The notes under the pieces were generated by a model. It saw only the letters and a list, made by a program, of their open reading frames with translations, was not told the DNA's origin and searched no databases. Made by a program: the position numbers and the translations under genes. This document shows, in pieces, positions 13,480-25,350 of a DNA stretch of 64,000 nucleotides. The stretch comes from Trichechus inunguis (lineage: Eukaryota), in NCBI GenBank assembly GCA_046562895.1, contig CM102164.1, positions 32,587,842 through 32,651,841 on the forward strand. Reading direction: 5' to 3'. The number at the start of each line of letters is the position of its first letter. Positions within the stretch are counted from its first letter, which is position 1.

Positions 13480-14300
13480 GAAAGCAACGCCACTTTAACT
13501 CTCTTCTTCTGCGCGTTTAAATAGCTCCAAGTCAAGCCAAAACCACAAAGACAGTGAGACCCGCCTGAAAGGCAGGCTTTCAAGGCTCTCCGAAGAAACA
13601 ACAGCGTTAACCTGTGATAGACATTAAACTGGTATTCCGTGCGGCCCGCCGACCACCCCGGCCCTCAGCCGCGTTCCCTCTGCTGAGCCAGCCCGACCCC
13701 CGCAACCCATAAGACCTCTCCTCGGCGCCGGTCGCCCACCAACGAACGCTGAGCTCCTCCTCACCGCTAGGCACGCTTCCACCAACATCAGCGCTGCTAC
13801 CACCTCCCGCCGGATTTACGAACCAGCCGCCTCAGCCTCTCCCCGGCGACCCCGCCAGACCCGAGGGCTCCTGGGAAGTGTAGTTCTCGCCGGGTCTTCC
13901 ACGCTCTGGCTAGCGCCGCCGGACCTATGCAAACTACAACTCCCAGCGGCACCACGGAAAAGGACGTTAGCGAGAGCCTTGCTGCGCGGCGCCTCCGCCG
14001 GACCCGCGGGCGACTTGCTGGGGTGTTGGGCGGTGAAGTGTAGGATCGTTTACACCTGGATCTCTACACCTTTGAGACGAAAGTCAGAGCCTAAAAGAGG
14101 AGTAAACCTCTACGTTCCTCGCAAACTGGAAGCACAGAGACCCAGAGCGCACAACCTAGAGGCAATTTTTTGGCCGTTTCCGAACGGTGTGTTTGGACGT
14201 TCCTTTTGTTTTTTGGGTTTTCTTTTGCCTTTGATTTCTCCTGTGGCTGAATGTAAATTAGGAGAACAAAGAGCAATCTGCCACACTATTTCATAAGGCA
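13480..14300 (-). promoter_or_regulatory. CENPJ: CpG island, probably the CENPJ promoter and non-coding exon 1. It may be bidirectional.
   Basis: CpG density is very high, with many cgg, gcg and ccg motifs (for example ccgcgggcgac and gcgcggcgcctccgcc). It lies about 4.2 kb upstream of the first coding exon on the transcribed (minus) strand. Minus-strand GT donor candidates occur near 13762 and 14051. No exon 1 boundary could be fixed by eye. Confidence 0.55.
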
Positions 14301-14640
14301 AAGATGACAATGTGAAAATTCACTCCAAATATAGTTATCTTTGTTCATGCGGCTATTAAAACTATGTTGAGCACAAAGTACAAAATTGAATGTGTGCATG
14401 GTGGATGCAGTTACGGCCGTTTAGAAAGTTGCAGCATTGCAAGTTAGCACGGTGTACATATCTGGGCTTCGTGACTGTTTAAACAACAGGAATCCGTTTG
14501 ACATCCTGATTTTTAACAGTAAAATATTGAAATCAAATGACATGCCATTTATAACAACCGTTATAATATCTGAAGCAAACTACCACTGGCTAAAGCTAGT
14601 TTAGAAACAATGCTCAGAAATCTCCTTCCTGACCACCAAA

Positions 14641-14680
14641 CAAAAAAAAAAAAATTTTTTTTTTTTTTTGTGCTTTTTAC
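14641..14680. repeat. Homopolymer junction A13/T16
   Basis: caaacaaaaaaaaaaaaattttttttttttttttgtgc. Confidence 0.9.
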
Positions 14681-14896
14681 TTAAAAAATGGTTCTGCTTC
14701 CCAAAATCAAGGTTTTGGGTTTGTTTTGTTTTCTCTTCTTTATTATTCTTATTTTTTAATTTTCACTGTAGAAGAGGAAGCCAAAGCCCAGTCTTCCAAA
14801 ATCACACGACTGTTCTAAGATGCTGGACAAGGACTAGAACTCCCATCACTTCAGGACCCTAAACGATCTTCATGTATGATAGGCCTTTGGCTTGAA

Positions 14897-14951
14897 AGCA
14901 TACCCAAATCTCATCATTTTTCCTTAAAATGTTCATCATTTTTCCTTAAAA
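14897..14951. repeat. Two tandem copies of a 24-bp unit
   Basis: tcatcatttttccttaaaatgt tcatcatttttccttaaaatgt. Confidence 0.85.
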
Positions 14952-15394
14952 TGTTCATCATTGAGGACAGTCACGATATTCTTTACTTTTGTGCCCGTTT
15001 TTTATTCCTTTATTTTTATTCTAATATAGTATGTACTACTGCTGCCCACATTGCTTATTGACTGAATAAAGGGTCTTCTACCACACTCAAGTCTCATCTG
15101 GCTGTTAAATTTAGCTTCTGATCTATAAACTTTCACCTGTAGCCCATGTAATTCTTAAAACTGTCAACTAAGGCTGAAGTGTCCTCCAAATCCATTACAG
15201 AGTGGAGGGGAGTAACTTCTGAATTCTATTCCGCCAGACAATGAAACGTTTAATCTCAACAGCTGCTCCTATCTTTGTGGCATCTTCAAGTATTGCTGTA
15301 GAGAAAAGTCAGACTAAATTCTCACACAGGGGTGTTTCACCACAAATTACCCATTCTGATACAATCCTTTATGCCATCATAGGAGGCAAGAGGA

Positions 15395-15625
15395 CACTAA
15401 TGTAATGGTTAACAGCCCTTGCTTTGGAGTCAGGCAGGCCTGGATCAAATCCTAGCTTGACGATTTACAAAGAGCTTTGTAGTCTTCAGCACTCAACCTC
15501 TCTGAAACTTAGTCTTCTCATCTGCAAAATGGAGGTGACAATAATACCTGCATTATGAAATTGTCAAGATTAAATTAAAAGACTATATGTAAAAACAGCA
15601 CAACACCTACCATGTAGTAAAAAAT
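15395..15625 (+). mobile_element. MIR-type ancient SINE fragment
   Basis: ggcctggatcaaatcctagcttgacgatttacaaagagctttgtagtcttcagcactcaacctctctgaaacttagtcttctcatctgcaaaatggaggtgacaataatacctgc matches the MIR core (…ctctgagcctcagtttcctcatctgtaaaatggg.ataataatacctac…). Confidence 0.6.
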
Positions 15626-16480
15626 TCAATGACCAGGAGATGTTTTCATCTTTATTATGACTTCAGCTGTCAATGAACTTGAGTTGTCTGCAAAAGCCCA
15701 CCTCTACAGGTTATATCAAATGGTTTTGCAAGATACAAAATAACACTTCTATTATTTCCAAATTGTTTGGTAATAACTATCCTTTTAACATAGTTAAGCT
15801 GGATAGAAAGCTGTTTGGGAAACTGAGAACTTTTCATTGTTGAGCTAGTAGTAGCAGTGACTGCTCTATCATGAGAGGACAGAAGTGCAGGCCTGGCTGA
15901 GGGACAATCCCCAAACCCAAGTCATCCAGACTAGAAAGGATGACTCCAGCAGAGTGGGGAGATGCACTGAGAGATGGAAGTACCGGACCTCTAGGAAAAA
16001 AGCAAGAAAACCCACAGTCCACCTCACTTGTGAGAAAAAGAGGGAGTTACTCACCAAGGCCCCCAAACCTCAGATTGCTATAATTTTACCTCAGTAAAGA
16101 AGTTTATAATAACGTTTGAAGCTGAAAGACCTCTCCTTTGAAAATCTCAGTATTTTAGTATTGATAGAACTCTTGCTGGTATGTTAGATTTGCAGCAAAA
16201 GATCACTGAAACCTAAGAGCCTATACAAGGACTATGCACTACCTTCAAGAATGCACTGCATTCAAGAATGCTTGACCAATGATGTTGGATAGATAATAAA
16301 AGGAGAATTCTGACCTGAATCTTTGCTATGATCACAGGAGAGCAATACCATGATACTTGTTTCTCCTATATATTTATTGAAGAGAACAATAATTGAGATA
16401 TTTATGTAATTATTTGGTGGTTCTTGAAGCACTCTATTGGTTTTTATCACACATAAAACAGCACTTTACTTTCCAAACCA

Positions 16481-16610
16481 AAAAACCAAACTTATTGCTG
16501 TCAATTCCAACTCATAGCAACCCATTAGGACAGAGTAGAATTGCCCCCATAGGGTTTCCAAGGAGTGGCTGGTGGATTTGAACTGCCAACCTTTTGGTTA
16601 GCAGCCGAAC
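16481..16610 (-). mobile_element. AfroSINE, 5'-truncated
   Basis: Reverse-complement match to the AfroSINE tail and body (ctcatagcaacccattaggacagagtagaattgcccccatagggtttccaaggagtggctggtggatttgaactgccaacc). Confidence 0.8.
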
Positions 16611-16849
16611 AACTTTACTTTCCACAAATATGAAAATTATCAGAGATTTGCATATACTAAATATACATTAACTGCAAGGGGCAGAACTGTCCAAAAAACT
16701 TTCACATTTGTTCCACTACCTATTCCTTAAAATATTATCAATGGCTTCTACATGTCAGACATTTTTCATGTATTTTCTAAATTGATTTTTTTGTGTGTGA
16801 TAAAATAAACATCACATAAAACATACCATTTTAACCATTCTAAACTATA

Positions 16850-19800
16850 CAATTCTATGTCATTGTTATGGATTGAATTGTGTCCCCTAAAAATATGTGT
16901 TGTAAATCCTAACCTCTATACCTGTAGTTATAAACCCATTCGGAATGAGTTGTCTTTGTTATGTTAATGAGGCAGGATTAGTGTAGGGTGTATCTTGAGA
17001 CAATCTGTTTTGAGATATAAGAGATTAAATGAAAGCTAAAAGCAGAGATGGGGTAAGACAGATGCCAGGGCATGTGGAGATTACCAAGGGACCAGGAAGC
17101 AGAAACTGAAGAGACAGGGCCTTCTTTCAGAGCTGACAGAGGGAGAAAGCCTACCCCCTAGAGCAGGGGCTCTGAATTCTAACTTCTAGCTTCCTAAACT
17201 GTGAGAAAATAAATTTGTTTGTTCAAGTCATCCACTTGTGGTATTTCTGTTATAGCAGCACTAGATAACTAAGAATTCGGTACTGGAAGAGTACGGTGCT
17301 GCTCTAACAGATACCTAAAATGTGGAAGCAGTTTTGGAAATGAGTAATGGGTAGAGGCTGGAAGATTTTTAAAGTAGCTAACAGTAAAAGCCTGGATTGC
17401 CTTGAAGAGACTATTGAAGGAAGTGAGGAGAGCTATAGAGAAAGTCTCTATCGTCTTGGAGAATACTGTCATCCCTCAGTATTTGCAGGGGATTGGTTCC
17501 AGGACCCTTGCAGATACCAAAATCCATGGATGCTCAAGTCCCTTATATAAAATGGTATAGTATTTGCATATAACCTACCCACATCCTCCCGTATACTTTA
17601 AATCATCTCTAGATTACTTATAATACCAAATACAACGTAAATGCTATGTAAATAGTTGTTACACATTATTGTTTAGGGTATAATGACAAGATGCAAGGCA
17701 AATCATACTCAAACAACAAGTGCTGGGGAGAGATTAAGGATCTGTGAAATGGCGAGAGGCTACAGCAGGGTATGCCTTCACATCACTTCATTCACGTGGA
17801 TTCATCATAGTGTTTGGCTCACAGCAAATTCAAGTTTTGTATTTTGGAACTTTTTTTTTTTTTAAATAGTTTTGATCCACAGTTGGTTGAATCCATGGAT
17901 GTGGAACCTGAGGATACAAAGGGCTGACTGTACATATGGCACCAGCAACAGAATGTTGATAGAAATATGGACATTAAATGTGCTTCTGGTGAGAATTTAA
18001 AAGAAAATGATGATCATGTAATTGGACAATGGAGGAAGGGCGATTGTCCTTTTTATGTAGCGGAAAAGAACTTGTCTGAATTATGTTCAAATGTTTGGTG
18101 GAAGGTAGAACTTGTAAGTAATGAACTTGGCTATCTGGCTAAGGAAATTTCTAAGCAAGGTCTTAAAGGGTTTCTTGCTGCTTACAGTGAAATGCGACAA
18201 GAAAGAGATAGACTTAAAAATGAACTGTGCAAAATGTAAACAGCAGTAAAAATTTGGAAAATGCTGTTGTACAAACTAAGGATATGTGCCCTAGAATGTT
18301 CACGAAGGATGTGGCTACACAATCTTTTGTTAAAGGGATTAAGCCTGTGACTGATGGATCTAACCAACTACCACCGCAGAAAACCCATCAGCTTAGACTG
18401 AAGGGGCAAGAGAAAGAACAAAGGAAGAGAATGCTGGCTGTCTCTTGGAATTCTACAAGCAGGAAACAGGCTGAAGGAGCTACATCTGCTGTCCTCCAAG
18501 AAAAGAAAAGGACTATCCCTGGAGCTGCTCATGGATTAGCAGAACTGTTGGAAGGAGCAGAGGAAGCAGGGTCTTCTGGGTTTCAAAGGGTGGAGCCACT
18601 GTCTCCTGGATCTCAAAGGGTGGGGTCATAGCCTCTTGGGTTTTAAAGAGTCAGTCGCTGACTTGGTTCCAAAGTGTGGGGCTGCCATGCCCAAGGGGCA
18701 GAAGAACAGGTGCCTGCCCGAGCTAAAGGGGTGGGGTTCTCACTCAGATGGACTAGGAGAATGGGGCAGCCTAAAGCCAAAGGAGCAGAGTTGCCATCCA
18801 AGTGAGCCTGGAAGATGAAGCTGAAGCCCAGGGCAGAGGAGCCTCCACCCAGAATCCAGAGGAAGTGGCCAGCACCCAGAGTCTGGAGGGTGGCACCATT
18901 GCCCATATGGTCACAGAGAACAGGATAATTTTCAAGACATGAGAGCTAATGTAAATTGTTCTGCTGGGTTTTGGGCTTGGGAGTACTCATTATCCCTTCT
19001 TTCCCACCAATTTCTCACATTTGTAATGGAAATGTCTACCTTGTGCCTGTTCTACCATTATTATTTGGAAGCAGATAATTTGTATTCTAGATTTCACAGG
19101 TTCGCAGATGAAGAGGAATTTTGTCCCAGGATGGAATATGCCTAAAGTCTCACCCATATTTGATTTAGATGATTCAGAAAATGAGATTTTGGACTTGGAG
19201 TTGATTTAAAACTTTGAGTTGAAAGAGAGAGAGAGGCACCTCTTACCACCAAGAAAGAAAAGCCAGGAGCGGAACATGTCCTTTGGACCCGGGTGCCAGT
19301 GCTGAGAAACTCCTAGACCCAGGGGAAGATTGATGACAAGGACCTTCCCCCAGAACCAACAGAGAAAGAAAGACTTCCCAGAGCTGACACCCTGAATTCA
19401 AACTTCTAGCCTCCTAAACTGTGAGAAAATATATTTATGTTTGTTAAATCCATCCACTTGTGATGTTTCTGTTACAACAGCACTAGATAACTAAGACAGT
19501 CATTAAGTACATTCACAATGTTGTGCAACCATCACCGCTGTTGTCTTAGGCTGGGTTCTCTAGAGAAGCAAAACCAGTAAAACATGTAAATATATACAGA
19601 GAGAGATTTATGTCAAAGAAAGAACTTACACAGTTGTAGACACTGGAACGTCCCAAGTCCATGGATTAGGATAGAGGCTTCTCCGAATTCACGTAGCCGC
19701 AGGGGCTGGCAAACCCAAGATTGACAGGTCAGAAGGCAGGACTCTTGCTCAAAGGCTGTGAATATCGACAAATTCCAAGACTGGCAGGCAAGACCGCAAG

Positions 19801-20190
19801 GCTTCTCCTGATTCAAGTAGCTGCAGGGGCTGGTGAACCCAAGGTCGGCATGTCGGAGCGCAAGGCTACGATCACAGGCTGTGAAGATCGTCGAATCCCA
19901 AGATCAGCAGATAAGCCGATAGCTCAAGTCCCCAGAACTGGAGGTCAGATGAACAGGAGGCAGCCACAGGATCCAGAGCGAGCAAAAAGCCAGAACGTCT
20001 GCTTATATTAGGATGCAGACCACATCCCCAAGGAAACTCCCTTTCAACTGATTGCTATACTCACAGCAGATTCAGTCATGAGAGTGATCACATATAAACA
20101 CTGAGAATCATGACCCAGCCAAGTTGACACACAATCTTAACCATCACAACTATCAAGTTTCAGAACTTCATTATCCCATTAAGAGCCACT
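16850..20190. repeat. Composite of old mammalian interspersed repeats (family not named). A ~135-bp direct duplication at 17150-17283 and 19370-19503 brackets a 2.1-kb internal segment.
   Basis: 16850-17283 is the reverse complement of the widespread repeat beginning gtgtcccctaaaaa.atgtgttgtaaatcctaacc. 19503-20190 is the tcttaggctgggttctctagagaagc…catgacccagccaagttgacacac repeat. The two flank copies both end in cacttgtg.t.tttctgttacaacagcactagataactaag. Confidence 0.45.
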
Positions 20191-20559
20191 CCCCATTCTC
20201 CCTTCCCCCAGCCCCTGGCAACCACAAATCTGCTTTCTGTCTCTATGGATTTGCCTATTCTGGACATTTTATATAAATAGAATCATATAATATGTGGCCT
20301 TTTGTATCTGTCTTCCTTCACTTAGCATAATAATTTCAAGATTCATCCATGTCATGGCATATATCAGAACTTTATTTCTCTTAATGGCTGAATAGTATTT
20401 ATTGTACGGATATACCATATTTTGTTTATCCTTTCATCCACTGATGGACATTTGGGTTGTTTCCACCTTTTGGCTATTGTGAAGAGCACTGCTATGCACA
20501 ATCGTGTACAGGTTTTTATTTGAATACATGTTTTTCAGTTCTTTGGTGTATATACTTGT

Positions 20560-21060
20560 CTTAGTTTCCTAGGGCTGCCAGAACAAAACACTAAAAAATG
20601 GGTGGCTTTAAAAAACAGAAATTTATTTTCTCACATTTCTGGAGGCTGGAAGTCCAAATTCAGGGTGTCAGGTGGCTACGCTTTCTCTCTGTTGGCTCTA
20701 GGGGAAGATCCTGCCTGCTAGCCCTGGGTGTTTCTGTCTCCCTGTCAATTCCTTCTGAGGGCTTTGAGGGAGGAACTGTTCCATGCCTCTCTCCTAGCTT
20801 CTAGTGGCTGCTGGCAATCCTAGGTATCCTTTGTGACTTGTAGATGTATCTTCACATGGTGTCTTCACCTGCGTCTCTTGTGTGACTCTGTTTCTTTGTC
20901 TGTTCTCTCCTTTTTTGAAATATCACTCAGAAAGGATTAAGGTTAGGACCCATCCCACTCCAGTATGCCCCTATTTAACTAATAGCAAAAGAAAAACTCT
21001 ATTTCCAAGCAGGGTCATATTCACAGATACAGAGGAGGTTAGGACTTCAACGTATCTTTT
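20560..21060 (+). repeat. Old interspersed repeat (the tcttagtttcctagggctgccagaacaaaacactaaaaaatgggtggcttaaaaaacagaaatttattttctcacatttctggaggctggaagtccaaattcagggtgtcagg type) sitting within the 20150-25900 antisense L1
   Basis: This sequence type recurs at 41935-42060 (reverse complement). It is a common mammalian repeat consensus. Confidence 0.45.
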
Positions 21061-22695
21061 TTGGGTACACAATTCAATCCATAATAATACCTAGGACTGG
21101 AATTTCTGGGTCATATGAAAATTCTATGTTTAGCCTATTGAGAAACTTCCACCGTTTTCCACAGCAGCTGCACCAGTAATGTACAAGGGTTCCAAATTTC
21201 TACACATTCTCACCAAGAGTTCTTATTTTTCTTTTCTTTAAAAAAAAAATATGGCCATCATAGTAAGTGTGAGGTGGTATCTCATTGCATTTACCTAATG
21301 ACGAATGACATTGAGCATATTTTCATGTGCTTGTTGGCCATTTGTAGACCTTCTCTGGAGAATTGTTTATTCAAGTCCTTTGTCCATTTTTTGGTCGGAT
21401 TGTTTGCCTTTTTGTTGTTGAGTTGTAGTAGTTCTTTATATATTCTGTATACTAGACCTTTATCAGCAATATGATTTGCAAATATTTTCTCCTATTTTAT
21501 AGGTTTTCTTTTTACTTTCTTTGCAATGTTTTTTGATGCACAATAATTTTTAATTTGATGAAGTCCAATTTATCTATTCTTTCTTTTGTTCCTTGTGCTT
21601 TCGGTGTCATATCTATAAGCCATTGCCAAATGCAAGGTCATGAAGATTTACTCCTATGCTTTCTTTAAAGATTTATAGTTTTAACTCTTATATTTAGGTC
21701 TTTGATCCATTTTGAGTTAATTTTTGTATATGGTGTGAGGAAAGAGTCTAGCTTCATTCTTTTGCATGTGACTATCTAGTTGTCCCAGCACCATTTGTTG
21801 AAGAGACCACCTTTTCCTCATTGAGTAGTCTTGGCACCCTTGCCAAAAATCAATTGACCATAGATGTATGGGTTGAATTTTAGACTCTCAATCCTATGTC
21901 ATTGATCAATATGTCTTTATGCAAGTACCATACTGTTTTGATTACTGTAGCTTTTTAGCATATTTTGGAATTGGAAAGTATGAGTAGTCCAAATTTGTTC
22001 TTTTTTTTTTTTTTTTTCCAAGATTGTTTTGGCTATTCAGAGTCCCTTTCAATTCCACGTGAATTTTAGGATTAGCTTTTCCATTTCTGCAGGAAAGCAG
22101 TTGAGATTTTAAGATGGATTGCATTAAATCAGCAGATTGTATTGGGGAGTAATGCAATCTTAACATGATTAAGTCCTCCAAACCATGAACAAAGTATACC
22201 TTTTTATTTATTTAGGTCTTCTTTAATTTCTCTAAGCAATGCTTTATAGTTTTCAACGTACAAGTCTTTCACCTTCCTGATTAAACTTTTTCCTTTCACC
22301 TTCTTGATTAAATTTATTCCTAGGTATTTTATTCTTTAAGATACTATTGTAAATGAAATTGCTTTCTTAATTTCTCTTCCAGAATGTTCATTGTTGGTGT
22401 ATAGAAACACAACTGACTTTTGCTTGTTGATCTTTTACCTTGTGACTTTGCTGAAGTCACTTATTTGCTCTAATAGTTTTTTTCTGGATTCTTTAGGGTT
22501 TTCTATATAAGATAATCCCATCTGCAAATAGAGATAGTTTTAATTCTTCCTTTCCAATTTGAATGTCTTTTATTTCTTTTTGTTGCCTGTTTCCTCTGGC
22601 TAGAATTTCCATAGTAGCTGTGAAAGGGGCCATCCTTGTCTTGTTTATCATCTTACAGGTGAATCTTTCAGTTTTTCCACGTTGAATATGATGTT

Positions 22696-22862
22696 CACAA
22701 AAACCAAACCCATTGCCGTCAAATCGATTCTAACTTTTAGTTAGACTCTACAGGACAGAGTAGAACTGCCCCATAGGGTTTCCAAGAAGTGGCCGGTGGA
22801 TTTGAACTACCAACCTTTTGGTTAGCAGCCAAGCTCTTAACCACTGTGCCACCAGGGGTCCA
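22696..22862 (-). mobile_element. AfroSINE inserted into an L1, with a 14-bp target-site duplication ttgaatatgatgtt (22682-22695 and 22863-22876)
   Basis: A full reverse-complement AfroSINE is flanked by identical 14-mers. The L1 sequence is continuous across the insertion. Confidence 0.85.
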
Positions 22863-24739
22863 TTGAATATGATGTTAGCTATGGGTTTTTCATAAATGCC
22901 CTTCATTGTGTTCCTTCTATTTCTAGTTTGCTGAGAGTTTTTCACCTTAAAGGGTGTTGGATTTTGTCAAATGCCCTTTCTACATCAATTGAGATAATCA
23001 TGTGAGTTTATTCCTTCATTCTATTAGTGTGTTGTGTTACTTTGAGTGATTTTCTATGGTGAAACACCCTTGCATTCCTGGGATAAATCCTATCAGTCAT
23101 GGTGTATAATCTTTTTCATATGCTACTGGATTCAGTTTGTGAGTATTTTGTTGAGGATTTTTGCATCTATATTCACAAGTGCTATTGTTTTGTAATTTTC
23201 TTTCCTTGTGATGTCTTTGTCTGGCTTTTGTATTAGGGTAATGCTGGCCTCACAGATTGAGTTAGGAAATATTCTCTCTTCTGTTTTTTGGAAAAGTTTC
23301 AGAAATATTGAGTGTTAATTTTTCTTTGAATATTTGGTAGAATTCAACAGTGAAGCCATCTGATTCTGGGCTTTTCTTTGTTGGGAATTTTTTGATTAGT
23401 GGTTCAATCTCTTGACTTATGGGCCTATTCAAATACTCTATGAGTCATTTGTTGTAGTCTTCGTGTTTTTAGGAACTTTTCTTTCCATGTAGGTTATCTA
23501 ACTTGTTGGCATAAAATTGTTTATAGTATTCTTGTATAATCCTTTTAATTTCTGTAAAGTCTGTAGTCATGGCTCCACTTTTATTTCTGATTTTAGTAAT
23601 TTGTGTCTTTTCTTCTTATTCTTTTTTTTTTTGTCAGTCTAGCTTAAATATTTGTCAATTTTGTTGATCCTTTCAAAGAATCAACTTTTGGCTTTGTTGA
23701 TTTTTCTTTCTTTTTTCTATTTCATTCATTTCTGCTGTAATCTTTATTATTTCCCTTTTGTGATGGCTTGGGTCAATTTGCTCTTCTTTTTTAGATCCTC
23801 CAGGTATAAAGTTAGGTTATTGGTTTGAGATCTTTCTCTTTTAATATAGGTATTCACAGCTAAAAAAAATTTTCCTCTGAGCACTGCCTTTGTTTCATTC
23901 CACATGTTTGGTATGTTGTGTTTTTATTTTCATTCATATCAAAGTATTTTCTAATTTCCCTAGTGATTTCTTCTTTGACCTACAGGTTGTTTAAGAGCGT
24001 GTTGTTTAATTGACACGTATCTGTGGACTTTCCAGTTTTACTTCTGTAATTGATTTCTGGTTTCATACCATTGTGATCAGAGAAGATACTTTGTATAGCT
24101 TCATTTTTTAAAAATTTATTAAGAATTGTTTTGTGGACTAAGATACAGTCTATCATGGAGAATGATTCATATGCATTGCAGAAAAATGTGTATTCTACTG
24201 TTGTTGGGTGTAGTGTTCTCTTTGTGTCTGTTAGGTCTAGTTGGTTTATGTATTGTTTAAGTCCTTATTTCCTTATTGATCTTCTGCCTGGTTGTTCTAT
24301 CCATTACTGAAAATGGGATATTGAGGTCTTCAACTGTTGTAGAACTGTCTATTTATCCTTTTATTTCTGTTCATTTTTGCTTCATATACTGTAAGGTTTG
24401 TATATGTTTATAATTGCTAAATCTTCTTGATGGATTAACCCTTTTTATCAATATATAATGTCCTTTTAATCTTGTAACAATTTTTGACTTAAATATATAT
24501 TTTTTCTATTATTAGTAAAGCCATTCCAGCTCTCTTTGGCTACTATTTTCATGTGATTCCCCCCTTCTATCCTTTTACTTTCCACTTATTTGTGTCTTTT
24601 GCTATAAATTGAGTCTCTTCAGGGCTGAACACAGATGGATTTTTTAAAATTCCATTCTGCCAATCTCTGCCTTTTATTTGGAGAGTTTAATCCATTTACA
24701 TTTAAAGTAATCATTGATCATTGGTAAGGACAGACCAAA

Positions 24740-24925
24740 GGAGCCCTTGTGGCACAGTGGTTAAAGTGATCAACTGCTAACTGAAAGGTCAGCGGTTCGA
24801 AACCACCAGCAGCTACACAGGAGAAAGATGTGGCAGTTTGCTTCTGTAGAGATTTACAACCTCTGAAACCCTATGGGGTCACTATGAGTCAGAATTGACT
24901 TGACAGCAGTGGGTTTGGTTTTTCT
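24740..24925 (+). mobile_element. AfroSINE
   Basis: gagcccttgtggcacagtggttaaagtgatcaactgctaactgaaaggtcagcggttcgaaaccaccagc...gtcactatgagtcagaattgacttgacagcagtgggtttgg. Confidence 0.85.
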
Positions 24926-25181
24926 TGAAGGACAGATTTACTTTGCATTTCACTATTTTTTTTGCTACATATCTTTGGTATTCCTCAATTCTTCCATTAC
25001 ACTCATCTTTTTTTTTTTTTTTTTACGGGGGGTGGGGGTTGTTGTGTACTATTTTGATTCCCTTCCCATTATTCTTTATGTATTTTTTTAGTTATTTTCT
25101 TAGTTATTACCATGAAGATTGCAGTTAACATCCTAAATTTATGACAAGCTAATTTAAATTAATACCAGCTTAGCTTTAATA

Positions 25182-25350
25182 GGAGCCCTGGTGGCACAGT
25201 GGTTAAGAGCTCGGCTGCTAACCAAAAAGGTCAGCAGTTTGAATTCACCAGCTCCTCCTTGGAAACCCTCTGGGGCAGTTCTAGTCAGTCCTATAGGGTT
25301 GCTATGAGTCAGAATCGATGGCAGTGGGTTTGGTTTGTTTTTTTTTTTGG
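25182..25350 (+). mobile_element. AfroSINE
   Basis: ggagccctggtggcacagtggttaagagctcggctgctaaccaaaaaggtcagcagtttgaattcaccagc...gttgctatgagtcagaatcgatggcagtgggtttggtttg. Confidence 0.9.

Noticed and set aside
13979-14296. 105-aa plus-strand ORF starting in the CENPJ promoter island
   Set aside because: No recognisable protein. A GC-rich island followed by a U-rich sequence. Kept only as a possible divergent non-coding transcript under the promoter finding.
18227-18631. 134-aa ORF and neighbouring 90-aa ORF on the plus strand
   Set aside because: They are embedded in an old interspersed repeat with no protein similarity I can recognise. Treated as fortuitous.
25182-25260. tRNA-like cloverleaf sequences (ggagccctggtggcacagtggttaag…ggttcgaatcc…) recurring about 19 times
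   Set aside because: These are the tRNA-derived heads of AfroSINEs. They are followed by the SINE body and an RTE-like tail, often truncated, and are not genuine tRNA genes.
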